Source of the DNA: Camelus ferus | Taxonomy: Eukaryota | NCBI RefSeq assembly: GCF_009834535.1 | Contig: NC_045696.1 | Location: forward strand, 15,378,001 to 15,442,000 | Reading direction: 5' to 3' | Length of the DNA stretch: 64,000 nt | Made by a program: the position numbers and the translations under genes | Shown here: positions 1-13,225 of the stretch, one piece after another | Position numbering within the stretch: the first letter of the stretch is position 1 | Layout of the letters: every line of letters starts with the position of its first letter | Notes under the pieces: model-generated | The model's database searches: none | What the model saw: only the letters and a program-made list of their open reading frames with translations | What the model was told of the DNA's origin: nothing

Positions 1-108
1 CTTTGAGTTAGGTTCTGGCAACTGGTACCTTTGAAATGGAAACTTCTCATGAACCCACCCAGGTTTCTTAGTTAGGTACACTATCCCTTCCATAATCTGC
101 CCCTACAA

Positions 109-145
<37 letters not shown>

Positions 146-155
146 CTCTCTCTCT
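109..155. repeat. (CA)n(CT)n compound microsatellite
   Basis: Direct reading. Confidence 0.95.
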
Positions 156-328
156 TTTTCTCTCAGTAAATGTTCCAGCCACAGCTTACATTTCTCTAAT
201 TGCATATGTCAAAAAAGAGTCTCTTTCATGAATTAGTTGAATCAGAGTATAAAGAGGAAATGTCTGAGCTGTTGACTTTGGCTCATGCATTTTTACCAGC
301 CTTTAAAATTAAGGTCACTGTTACTGAT

Positions 329-750
329 TGTATTGGTCTGTGAGAGCTGCTGTAACAAGTACCACAAACTAGGTAGCTTAAACACCAGAAATGTATTGCC
401 TCAGAGCTCCAGAGTCTAGACGCCCAAAATCAAGATGCCGGCAGGGTTGGTTCCTTCCAAAGCTGTGAGGAACAGTATATTCCATGACTCTGCCTTGGTT
501 TCTGGTGGTTGGTCAGTGCATCTCTCATCTTCACATGGAGTGCTTCCTGTATGCTTGACCATGTTCAAACTTCCCCTTTCTGGAAGACCATCAGTCATAC
601 TGGATTAGGGATGCACCCTACTCCAATAAAACCTCATTTAAAATAATTACATCTGCATTAGTCCTATTTCTAAAAAAGCTGACATTCTGAAATACTGGGG
701 TTAGGACTTCAGCATATAAATGTAGGGGGGACAAAATTCAATCCATAAAA
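329..750 (-). mobile_element. MaLR solo LTR (MLT1A-C-like)
   Basis: tgtatt...gctgctgtaacaagtaccacaaact...caagatgccggcagggttgg...gacttcagcatataaat...aattcaatccata, the typical reverse-complement MLT1 layout. Confidence 0.85.
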
Positions 751-2049
751 CTGAGCAATGTGTCCTTGGAGGTTAACAACTCCTTGATTCATTATTTGAT
801 AGTGTTTCTATTCCCTCAAATCCAAGTTTCTTCCTTCCTGTTATTTATCTTTTTGAATACATAGAGCTCCAATGCATTTTCATTTTCTTCTTGAAATCAG
901 AACTGTCATTCATTTTTTTTATTCAATAAGCATTATTTTTTAAGCAAATATTATCTTCTAGGCACAAGGGACAAAATGTAAAATAAATACTAAAAGTCTC
1001 CAGTCCTGATGGACTTAAAGTCAAATTAGATGGAAATGGTCAAAAGAAAATAGAAAAGTTTATAATTATGAAATTTTAGATATTAAAGGAATTAAACTAT
1101 GCTTCATCTAGGTACAGAACATTAGGAAGAAGCCAAAAACTTGTTTACTCTTTTTTTCATAAGTTTCCGAAACCCTAATTTTTATGTTTAATTATCAATT
1201 TAGGGGACAATCTGACATTCTAAAGAGATTAGTTCCTAGCAAGAGGAAACAGACTCCACTACACAAAATAGTATATTTTGAAGGCTCACCGAGCTTTTAT
1301 GGGCCAGTAGTCACAGACAGATTTTTCTTGCTTAGATTATATCCTTAAGACTTGGAGCAAATACTACTCAGTAATAAGAATGGAGAAGATTCACTCTAGA
1401 AATCATTTTTCATTTATGCTTTGTTCTTTGTCGCAAGCAATTTAAGCAAACCATTCTTCAAGAGTGACACTGGGATGAAATTCAAATGAACCACAGAGAG
1501 GATGGAAATCATGCAAATGAGGAGGAAGGGGAGGAGCCCATTAAGTACTAAAAATAGCAATAAGGATACAGAGAAGTTAGACAAGACTGGATTTTCTGGC
1601 TTCACGGTGACTGTGGCCCCATATGAACAGAAAGACCCAATTCTTAAAGCAAGAGTAAGTAGCTTAATATCATTGCTTACCATGTATGATTAAGAAACAC
1701 CTATATGAAAGATATGTGTCTTTTGAATTTTTTGCTGTTGTTTACAATAAAATACCTGACATCTTTTAACAAGTTAACTGCAAAAGAAATGTTTCATTCT
1801 TTAAGAAAGATCTGAGAGGGCCCAAATGTCTCACTTCAGTAGTACTGGTGGTTCTAATACAAGGGTTATCTTTCTAATTTTTAAGAGGGCCTGATGCAAT
1901 GAGGGGTATTCCAGGACACAGAGCTGAGAGTCTACAGCAACCTAGGCTCGGAGCAATTAAGAGATGTTTGTCCTCAATTTGAAAGGAAGACAAAGTCACT
2001 AATGTTGGGAAAAGAATGGAGCCATAGCTTAACTTAACTAGGCATTGTC

Positions 2050-2450
2050 ATGTTGCCCTGCAAAATGGGTACAGCAGTCTTCACTTTGACCAGAATACAT
2101 GAAGGTTCCTTTAATTCCATGTGTTTGGGGACAGATGGATAATTCTGACCAATTAATTATGAGTAGAAGTGCCATATGTCATGTCTTTGCTGTTGCAAAG
2201 CCCATCCCTCCATCCCAACTCCATCCCCACCCCTACTTTCTGCCCAGAGAGCTCTCCTTTTCCCAGTAGTATGGTGATCAGCAATGTTTAATTGGTTGTG
2301 CTACATCAGCCTAGGTTTCTGAGTGCAGTGAACAGAGGACTGCTGTTGACACTATAATATACATGTATCGTGAGCAATAAATAAACCTTTGTGTTTTCAG
2401 CCTCCAAGATCTTGGTGTTATTCATCTTCATAGATTTTACTAGTTTATAC
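2050..2450 (+). mobile_element. Old MaLR LTR (MLT1J/K-like)
   Basis: gagtagaagtg...; tgagcaataaataaacctttgtgttttcagcctccaagatcttgg 3' motif. Confidence 0.55.
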
Positions 2451-2464
2451 AGACAGATAAGATT

Positions 2465-3090
2465 CCATAACCATACCAACATTTGATATTAGCTGGATTT
2501 GTAATTTTTTCCGGTTTTAGATATGTAAATTTATATTCCATTATTATTTGAATGTGCATTTCTCTGACCAAATATTCTAATATTCTGTGTATCTTACATA
2601 ATTTTAAGATTTTGTATTTCCTCTACAACTTTCCTGTTCAGATACTGCCCATTTAATATTGCTACCTTTATATATACCATTGATATTCATGAGTTTTATT
2701 CAAGTTTTTGGTTAACTCCTTTTCAGTTTTAGATATTGCAAATATTTTCTTCCATCTTTAACTTTGTTAACTTGTCTTTAACTTCATTGGTGGTATTCTT
2801 CTTGGAAAAGAAATCCTTAACTTTTATATCATCAAATTTTCAGTCATTTGCCATTGATATTTTATTTAAGAAATCCTTTCCAATTTCGAGGTCAAAAAGA
2901 TAAATTCCTACTTTTTCTTCGAAAAACTTTATAGTTTTTTGCTTCCCATATTCAACTTTTCAATCAATCTAAAGTTTTATGTTCTTTCTTATGGGAGTAG
3001 TTTCCTCAACACCATAGTAAGTAATCTGTCTTTTTACCATTGATTTGTAGAGCCAGATTCTTATATACTAATTTTTCATATATTTGCAGT
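2465..3090 (-). mobile_element. Ancient L1M ORF2 fragment
   Basis: T-rich antisense L1 motifs (gtgcatttctctga, agatattgcaaatattttcttcc, aagaaatcctttcc). Confidence 0.65.
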
Positions 3091-6000
3091 ATGACTATTG
3101 ATTCAAACTTGTAAAATACTTCCCCATGGGGATCTCACTTGGCAAGGGTATCTCCATCCTATGGATTTTTGCATTTTGTGACTGGCAATGCCCACTCACA
3201 AGAACTGAGAGGTATGCAAATGAATACAAACACATCCATCATTGTGTAACCAAGAGCACTTGTTGATAGCCAGCCACATTAGGTTAAATAATCAACTGAA
3301 CACCAAAATTGCCTGAATCTTATATGTTTAGGGAATGGTAAAGATAAAATATTCTAAGAATAGAGTGTTGCTTTGGCTTCCTTAGAAGCAGACTCCAAGA
3401 CAAGAATTCATATACAAATCTTCTAATTTTGGAGGTTAAAGGGCCCTTAGTAGGGAAATAGGAAAGTGAGACAAACAGAGAAGGTAGCTACCTTTGGTAG
3501 CTGCCACTATGGGAACTAGTGCTTAACTCCACTGGAAAAATTCTAGGATTGAACGTAAAACACAAGTTTTATGTTTATCATACATGAGGAGTGAGGAAGC
3601 TGGGGTATTTCCAAACAAAAATTACTGCTTGGGAGCTGTAGTCCTGGTCTTCAGTGGACAGAAAAGGAGCACCAGCATCAAGATAAAGCTCTCAGGCATA
3701 GATGCTGGCAGTTAGTAGGATGCAGCTACATCTTACGCACTGAGAGGAAAAGACAGTGGGAGGTTGGTGGACCACCAAGAGCAATTGCTCTCATGGTGAA
3801 TGTAGATCATTACTGAATGGACTTATTTAGTAGAAAAGGAAATATAGAAATTTAGAGCAGGGTTTTTCAAGCTTAGTTACTAAATGGACCCTTTTGGAAT
3901 GCTGATAAAAACCCTGCAGAGTGGGTATTGTTAATACTCTTATTTTACATATGAAAATACTAAGGTATGGGGGTTGGGGAAATTTCCCAAGATTTCAGAG
4001 TCAGGTTAAGTTTTTGCTTTTTTTTTCAGGAATTCAAGTCACTGGGATATTGAGACTCTAGATATAAATGTTTCACTATTTGTCTTGATTTCCCTATTGC
4101 CTTTGGAAAATGGTCTGTGGAAAAAATATATGTGTCAATAATGAAAGTAATTTGTTTTTACAAGTGAAAGAAACAAATAGGTAAGATGTGAAATCCAATG
4201 TTGAATTATTTTATGGTTGAAATGTAATAACACAAACAGGAAACATTATCCAAGCAGTGAGTGGACCTCATATTTAATGTTCTCTCTTATTATTTCCTCA
4301 AACTGGCCACAATGAAAATAGTGCTGCAAAGTTCTGCCCTGAGAGGATATTTGCCACACTCTGTCCTTAAAATCACCCACATCAACTCTTGGTTTTTGAC
4401 TTTTCTAATTTAAACATAATGACAGATGCTACAATGTCTTTGGAATCCTATTTTTCCCCCACTCTAATGTTTACTTACAATAATTCACTGTTCTTTCTTT
4501 AAAAGAATAAGATAGTGTGACAGACTATCACCTCGTCCATGCTGCTTGATATTCTATTTTGAATCCACTGCGAGCCTGCTTACAAAATAGCCCATGTTAG
4601 ACAGTCTTGGCTTTTCTCCACCTGTACTTTTTCTCCTGGATTGATGGTAGGTTCTGACATTCTTCTCTAGGACCTATTATTTTAAAAATAATGAAAGAAG
4701 ACATGCATTATTATTAGTCATAAAAAATCTTTTTAAATTAAATAATCCAAAATTTCTTAGATTTAAAAAAATTTCTTCTAGAGAAGTGATGTTTAGTTGC
4801 CAACGTTTCATATATTTTTGTCTACACTCCAGGCTCCAAGCTTGAGCACCACTTTATGGCATCACCAGTGATACAATATACCCTTAATTTTATGTCTTTA
4901 CATGTAGATGTGTGTGTAACAAGATATTTTTAAGTAGAGCATCTTATTACATTATCAAAAAATGTATTCTACATTGTAAACTTTTACAAAAAATAGAAAT
5001 TTAGGTAACTATCCCTGAATCAAAGAAAACAAGTCATTGCTAGATGTACTAGTTGAAATCAGGACTGCTAACTCTAATATTAATGTAATACTCATATTCT
5101 TTCCAATAAGCCAGGTTTCAGAGCTATGTTTCCAAGTGAACCATGGAACACTATCAATTTAAAATCCAGCCTGAATATGCAATTTTGTGGAAATTCCATA
5201 TAGTAAGTGATGATTAGTTTCAGGGTATTTGCTCCACAAATATGTCTGCCAAGTGAGCCATGAGATAACACTTAACAAAAATAAGATGTTTGTGTGATAA
5301 TTACCACAAAGAATCTCCCTCAGTGATTCTTACTAATGAAGTAGAAACAGAAAAATGTGCCATAAAGTTTACCAGCTGGAAGAATATATTGAAAAATAGT
5401 CTGCTTTCAGAAAGTAAGTGGTGGTGAGAGTGAATTAAGGGACTACTATTTCTTGTTTATTGCAGTTATTTAGGTATTATTTTAAACCACACTCTGTTAG
5501 AATATGGGAAATATATGAAGAGTTAAAAGGCATTATCTATGGTATCAAGAAATACACAGAAACTCACACACACACACACAAACACAAGCACATATAATCA
5601 CAGATGATGACTGAATAATTGGATGCAAATATGTTTTAGAAATTCAGAAGGGATATTTCTGGGGACCAGTAAATATTGGTGGTAATATAATAGATCCCAA
5701 GAATGAGATTTCCTGAGAAAGAAGAAGAAAAGAAATATGGATTCTTGATACTTCTTTCTAAAAAATTCATTTGTAAGTGATTGAGAGAGCTATGTTATCC
5801 TTAGCTAAGAAAAGATGACATAACAAATACAATATGCCATAACCATTATTTAATAAGAAGTCTTCATTTAAAGTTAAATGATCCCTGAAATTCAAGGACG
5901 GTATGCTGAGAGGGCCATAAAAAGCATAGCATCATCTGATTATATTGCAGAAGCCTGTCATTATGCCAAAGATTTGTGTTAAAAGGACAAGGTCATCATT

Positions 6001-6362
6001 TATGAGGTAGAAATGAATCATTCTAACCCATTTAAAGCTTATCTATAATTTTCAGATGGTATTACTTTATTAGCAATTAAAACTCCTCCAGTTTTTATTT
6101 GGATTTTTCTGTTTTTCAACAAGCAAAAAAAAAAAAGTGTTCTAATTAAAATAAAATGCATTGCTCAAGCTAACCAATATCATTTGTATTTTTGTTCTGG
6201 ATATCTAAATCGGACAAGAGCAGAGTTTATTGAAACCAACATTGGCATTATTCTGGAGCCATGCATTATATATGATCTTTTATGTTTTGGGATTACTTTA
6301 TTCTATATGCAAGTGACTTTCTAAATTTCTTTTTCTTATGTCAAAGCCTTTTTGCTTGGAAA

Positions 6363-9300
6363 GAAGAGTCAAGATGACAGTATAGGAAGATCTTAAACTC
6401 ATCTCCCCCCATGGACACAACTAATTTATGACTACATATGGAATAATTCCTTCAGAAAGATACATGAAAACTAAATAAATGGAATCTCCACAGCAAAAGG
6501 TAAAAGAATAGCATCTGGAAAGTAGGAGGGGCAGAGAGGTGGGATCACCAAGGAAAACCCATACCTCATGTGTGGCAATCTACAATTGGGAGGAATCAAA
6601 AAAACTACACATCTTAAAAAAAAAAAAAAAACTACACATCTTTTTCATGAGAAGTAAAGGATTCAAGCTCTACATTAGGCGGTCCAGCCTCCAGATCTTG
6701 CACAGGAAAGACAAGCCCTCCAAACACCTCCCTTTGAAAACCAACAGGAAAACTATATAACTTCAGTAAACAGAAAATCCTCTCTTAAAGGGCTTGTGTA
6801 CAGATTCACTCAAGCTGAAAACCACTGCAAGAACACCAGAGTGAAAAGCACATGAACCACAGGTGAAGAGGATCCACTTTCTAATCTTGAAGCTTCTGCC
6901 AGCAACCAAGAATTGTCTAACCAGCAAGATTAACATTCAGAACTGAAGGAGAAATCAAGAGTTCCCTAAATAACAAAAAGCTAAAGGAGTTCATTATCAC
7001 TAAACCAGTCTTACAAGAAATATTAAAGGGACTTTTTAAAGCTGAAATGAAATGACAGTTAAAAAAAAAAAAAAACCCACCAAAATACAAGGGAAGAGAG
7101 AAGAGAAGAAGAAAGAACAGAGAGGAAGGAACTACAAAAACAACCAGAAAACAATGAAGAAAATGGTGATAAGTGCATAGCTAACAAAAATTACTCTAAG
7201 TAAATGGATAAATTTCTTCAAATAACATATGGTGGCTGAATGGATTAAAAAACAAGACCTGTCTATATGCTGCCTAAAAGAGCCTGGCTTTAGAAGAAAG
7301 GACACACACAGACTAAAAGTGAAAGTATAAAAAATATTTCATGTGAATGGAAATGAAAAGAAAGCAGGAGTAACTATACTATTATCAGACAAAATAGACT
7401 TCAAAACAAAAACTGTAATAAAAGACAAAGAAGGTCATTATATCATGATAAAGTAGTTGAACAAAAAGATATGACATTTATAAAATATATATGCACCAAA
7501 TATATGAGCATCAAGATATTTAAAGCAAATATTAATAAACTTAACATGATAAATTGAAACCAATAAAATAAAAGTAGAGGACTTTAATATCTCACTTACA
7601 TCAATAGGCAGATTATCCAGAGAGAAAATTAATAAGGAAACATTTGACTTAAATGATACATTAGATAGTATGACTTAATAGATATATACAGAATAGTCTA
7701 CTTAAAAGCAGCAGGATACATATTCTCAAGAATATTTGGAATGTTCTTCAGGATAAATCACATGTTAGGAAGTCATATTATATCATATCAATCATCTTCT
7801 AACAACAATGGCATAGAACAAGAAATCAAACCCAAGGAAGAACATGGAAAAAACTACAAAAATGATAGAGATTAAACAACATTCTACTTAACAACCAATG
7901 GGTCATAGAAGAAATCAAAGTAGAAATCAAAATATACCTAAAGACAAATAAAAAAAGGAATGTGACATACTAAATTATATGGGATTCAGCAAAAGAAGTT
8001 TAAAGAGGGATGTTTACAGCAATACAAGCCTACCTCTATAAATAAAAAAGATCTCAAATAAATGATCTAACTTTACACCCAGAGGAATTAGAAGGAAGAA
8101 TAAATGAACCCCAAAATTGGTAGAAAGAAGAAAATAATTAAGATCAAAGTGGAAATAAATAAAATAGAGACTAAAACAAAATAGAAAAGATCAATGAGAC
8201 TAAGAGCTAATTTGTAGAAAAGATAAACAAAATTGGCAAATCTTTAGCTAGACTAACCAAGAGAAAAAGTAGAGAAGACTCAAATAATAAAACCAGAGGT
8301 GAAAAAGAAGTTACAACTGATATCACAGAAATACAAAGCATAAAAGACACTAGTATAAATAATTATATGTCAATGAACTGAACAACCTAGGAGAAATGGG
8401 TAAATCTCTAGAAACACATAATCTTCCAGGACTGAATAAGGAAGAAATAGACAATCTGATCAGACTGTAACAAGTAATAAAATTGAATCAGTAATCAAAA
8501 AACTCCCAACAAACAAAAGTCCAGGACCAGATGGCTTCACAGGGGAATTCTACCAAACATTTAAAGAAGAGTTAGTATCTATCCTTCTCAAATATTCAAA
8601 ACAAACAAAAAAAAAAAACTGAGAAGAAAGAAACACTCCAAACTCATTCTGTGAGGCCAATATTACCCTGATATCAAAATCAGACCGATACTACCAAAAA
8701 CAAAATTACAGGCCAGTATCCTTGATGAGCATAGATTTATTCCATGTGCTTTATTCCAGGACTTCAAGGATGGTTCAATATCAACAAATCAATCAATGTG
8801 ATACATAACATTAACAAAATGAAAGATAAAAACACAGTCATCTCAGTAGATGCAGAAAAATAATTTGACAAAATCCAACATTCATTTCTGATTAAAAAAA
8901 CTCAACAAAGTGGGTATAGAGGGAAAATAACTCAACATACTAAAGGCAAACCCACAGGCAATGTGAAAAGCTCAAAGCTTTTCCTCTAAGATCCTCTAAG
9001 ATCAGGAAAAAGACAAAAATTCCCACTGTCATTACTTGTATTCAACATAGTATTGAAGTCCTAGTCACAGCAATTAAGCAAGAAAAAGAAATAAAACTAT
9101 CCAAATCAGAAAGGAAGAAGAAAAACTGCCACTATTTGCAGATGACATGATACTATATAGAGAAAACTCTAAAGATTTCACAAAAAAAACTGTTAAAACT
9201 AATAAATAAATTCAATAAAGTTGCAAGATACAAAATCAGTATCAGAAATCTGTGGTGTTTCTCGACACTACAGCGAACTATCATAAAGAGAAATCAAGGA

Positions 9301-10910
9301 AACAATCCATTTGCACTTGCATCAAAAAGAATACAATCCCTAGGAATAAATTTAACTAGGGAGGTGAAAGCCCTGAACACTAAAAACTATAAGATACTGA
9401 TGAAAAAAATTAGAGCAGACACAAATGAAAAGATAACCCATGTTCACAGTTTGAAAAAAATTAATGTTAAAATGTCTATACTACCAAAAGCAATCTACAC
9501 ATTCAATGCAAATCCTATCAAAACATCAAGGGCATATTTGACAGAACTAGAACAAATAATTATAAAATTTATGTGGAACTGCAAAAGATTTTGTATAGCC
9601 AAAACAATCTTCAGAAAGGACAAAGCTGAATGTATCACTCTTTCTGATTTCAAACTATACTATCATAATTAAAACAGGATGGTATTGGCACAAAAAAAAG
9701 ACATTTAGATCAATGGTGCAGAATTGAAAAAACAGAAATAAATCCACCCATGTATGGACAACTAATTTATGACAAAGGAGCAAAGAATATACAGTGAAGA
9801 AAGCATAGCCTGTTCAATAAATGGTGTTGGGAAAATTGGACAGTCACATGCAAAATAATGGAACTAGAGCACTATCTTACACAATGCACAAAAATTAATT
9901 CAGAATGGATTAAAGACTTACATATAAGACCTGAAACCATAAAATTCCTAGAAGAAAACATAGGCAGTAACTTCATTGATATCAGTTACGGCAACATTTT
10001 TTGGGTGTCTAACTCTAAAGTCAAAGGAAATAAAAGCAAATATAAGTAAATGGGACTACATCAAACTAAAAAGCTTCTTCACAGTGAAGAAAACCATCAT
10101 CAAAATGAAAAGATAACCTCTGAAATGGAAAATGATATTCTCAAATCATATATCCTACAAGGGGTTAAAATCCAAAATACATAAAGAACTCATACAACTC
10201 AATATCAAAAAAACGGAAAATCCAATTATAAATAGACAAATGACATGAGTAAATATTTTTCCAAAGAAGACACACAGGTGGCCAACAAAGCACATGAAAA
10301 GATGTCCAACATCACTAATTATTAAGGAAATGCAAATTAAAACCATAATGAGATATCACCTCACAGTTGTTAGAATGGCTATTATCAAAAAAAGAAGTTA
10401 CAAATGCTGAAGAAAATGTAGAGAAAATGAATCCCTTGTACATTCTGGGGATTATATATTGGTGCAGCTATGAAGATTCCTCAAAAATTGAGAATAGAAC
10501 TACCATATAACCCAGCTATTCCTCATATAGGTATTTATCTGAAGAACATAAAAGCACTGATTCAAAAGAGATATGCACCCCTATGTTCACTGAAGCATTA
10601 TTTACAGTAGCCAAGACATAGGAACAACCTATGTGTCCATCAATGGATGAATGGATAAAGAAGATATGGTATATATACACAATGGAATACAACTCAGCCA
10701 TATAAAAGAATAAATTCTGCCATTTGTGACAACCTAGATGGACCTTGAAGGTATAATGCTAAGTGAAATAAGTCAGGTGGTGAAAGATAAATGCTGTATC
10801 TTTTGACTTATATATGGAATCTAAAAAAAAAAAAATCAAATGAACAAACAAAATCAAATGAAAACAAACTCATAGAAACAGAGAACAGATTAGTGGTTAC
10901 CAGAAGGGAA
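6363..10910 (+). mobile_element. Decayed L1 (~4.5 kb): 5'UTR start, large internal deletion, ORF1 tail, disrupted ORF2, truncated 3'UTR
   Basis: 5' tcaagatg motif, ORF1 end ~6915-7040, ORF2 EN/RT from ~7165. The RT YADD-equivalent is encoded by tttgcagatgacatg (~9135). ORF-track fragments [16 protein letters not shown] and [20 protein letters not shown]; many stops and frameshifts. Confidence 0.95.
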
Positions 10911-10911
10911 G

Positions 10912-11430
10912 TTCCTTGGCTCATTTTTTTAAAATTGGGTTGTTTTCTTATTATTAAATTTTAACAGTTCTTTGTATATTTTGGACATAGTCCTCTATCA
11001 ACTATGCCTTTTGGAAATATTTTCTCCCAGTCTGTGGCTTGTCCTTTTATCCTCTTGACAGTGTATTTTACAGAGCAGAAATTTTAAATTTTAAAGAACT
11101 TCAGCTTATTAATTCTTTCTTTCATGGATCTTGCCATTGGTATTGTATCTGAAAAGTTACCATCAAACCAAAAAACTTTTACAGATTTTCTCCTAGGGCA
11201 CACTCTTACCTTGGGACCCAGCAATCATGTTCCTTAGTATTCATGAAAAAAAAGTTGAGGATATACCCTCTAAAAAAAAAAAACCTGCACATGGATGTTG
11301 ATAGCAGCTTTATTCGTAATTACCAAAACTTGCAAGCAAGCAAGATGTCGTTCAGTAAGTGAATGGTTTAACAAACTGTGATACATCCAGACATTGAGAT
11401 ATTATTCAGTACTAAAAAGAAATATAGACA
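10912..11430. mobile_element. Older L1 (L1MB-like) ORF2 fragment with an inverted 5' part (antisense 10912-11197, sense 11198-11430)
   Basis: Antisense tttgtatattttggacatagtcc...ttctcccagtctgtggcttgtc followed directly by sense cccagcaatc...cacatggatgttgatagcagctttattc. Confidence 0.8.
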
Positions 11431-11529
11431 AAATACATTTGTGTATGTGGATATCCAAACAAAAGATCCAAAGGAAATCAGGGTAAATTATGCACACTTG
11501 TGTCCAGGCTGACAAGTGGGATTGAAGAC

Positions 11530-12045
11530 TGAAGTTTTGGAGAGGTGGGAATTTAGATGGCCCTCAAGATCTTCATTTCTTCTTTTCACAGCCCCACTCC
11601 TTGAATATGAGCTGGAACTCTGACTTGCTTTTAAAGAATAAAATAAGGCAAAGGGGAAGGGATGTTCCTACTATGATTATTTTACATTACTTACAGCTCT
11701 TCACCAGATGACTCACTCTAGAGACTCCCTCTCTCCACTTCTCCTTCCTCCCTCCCCCCACCCCTACTTTATGCTGGTTTTGGAGAAGCTGGCTGCCATT
11801 AATCTTACAACTGCAAAGAAATGAATTCTACCAGAAAACTGAGAGAGCTTAAACTCATATTGTTTCCCAACAGTCCAGCCTCTGATAAGACCACAGTTCC
11901 AGCCAATACCTGGATTGCAGTCTGCTGAGTTTCTGAATCAAGAGAACCCAGCAAGGCTGTGTGGCACTCCAGAAACTGCGAGAAATAAACAGGGGTTGTT
12001 TTAAGTGTGTGGCAATTTGTTACACAGTATAGAAAACTAATACAC
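11530..12045 (+). mobile_element. MaLR LTR (MLT1E/F-like)
   Basis: agatggccc...cttgaatatgagctgg...gaaactgcgagaaataaac...tttgttacacagtatagaaaactaataca end. Confidence 0.8.
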
Positions 12046-12289
12046 TTTACTTTTTTACTCTACAGATGTATGATTTGCGTTATTACTTGGAAAATATAAA
12101 TAAATGAAGCAATGGAACCTACAATAAAAACCACATTGTCCTTACAGAATTGACATATCCCCATACTCTTAAGAAGCCTTGCCATTCCCATATGTGTTAA
12201 AGGGCAACAGCAAATACATCGGAGCCTCAGGGAATTCTGCTATAACTAAGAACAAGGTTCCTGCCTTCACAATAGCAACCTACCACATG

Positions 12290-13225
12290 GTTTAGGGAAA
12301 AATTAAGGAAAAAAAAACCCAAAAAATAAAAAAAAAACCCTACATTCTTCAACTCAGAGGGAAAACTTAAAGTGGGGAAAAAGAGAACACTTTTTCTCAC
12401 AGTAGAATAGCAACTAATAAATTTAGTAGAAACGGTGGAACTTGGAAGTTACTATTTGGCCATCACAGGAATAACAAATAATTAATCCAAGAAACATCAA
12501 CAGATGCTAACACTGTGGATGAAAGCTTGATGAAGAATGGAATATTTATAGTCTCAAAGTACCCCACCCCACCACATACACACAGATAAAATGTTTAATT
12601 ACAAAGAGGAAAAGAGTAACTTTAAAATAAACTAACATAAGAGTAATCAAATTTAACATAACTAGTAATGAAATGAATTGAGATATGTAGCTTCTGATAG
12701 GGCATTGCGAGAACAAATTATACTTTCTGTGAAATTCTTGCCAAAAATGGAAAATCTGAGTCTAATCATGAAAAAAAAATCAGAAAAACCCAAATGGGGG
12801 GAGTAGGGGCAAAACAAGCAAAAATTTTCTGTAATCTTTAAATGTGCCAAGGTCATGAAAGTCAGGGGAAGACTGGACTACTCTTTCAGATTAAAGGAGA
12901 TTAAAAAGACATGACAGCTAAACAGAATGCATGATCCTGAAATGATCCCTTTTGCTATAAAGGACATTATAGGACAAATGAAGAAGCCTTGAATGAGATC
13001 TGAGGATTAGACGGTAGCCATGTATTAGTGTTAATTTCTAATTTTGATGACCATGTTGTGGTTGTGTAGAAGGGTTTCTTTGTCGAAATTATACAATAAA
13101 GTATTCAGAGGTGATGGTGTATCAAACAGTGATTTACTGGAAAATGGTTAAGGGTTAAAAAAAAATCTGTTTTATTCTTGCAACATTTCTGAAAGTTTGA
13201 AAGTATTTCAAAATAAAAAGAAAAA
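12290..13225 (+). mobile_element. Old L1 3' end (L1MC-like)
   Basis: gaaaatctgagtctaatcatg...agattaaaggagattaaaaagacatgacagctaaa...atgcatgatcctg, ending in an A-rich tail. Confidence 0.75.

Noticed and set aside
9364..10701. ORFs with RT-associated L1 similarity (also 20099-21079 and 18396-18578)
   Set aside because: Fragments of dead L1 ORF2 broken by stops and frameshifts; not a functional or novel reverse transcriptase system.
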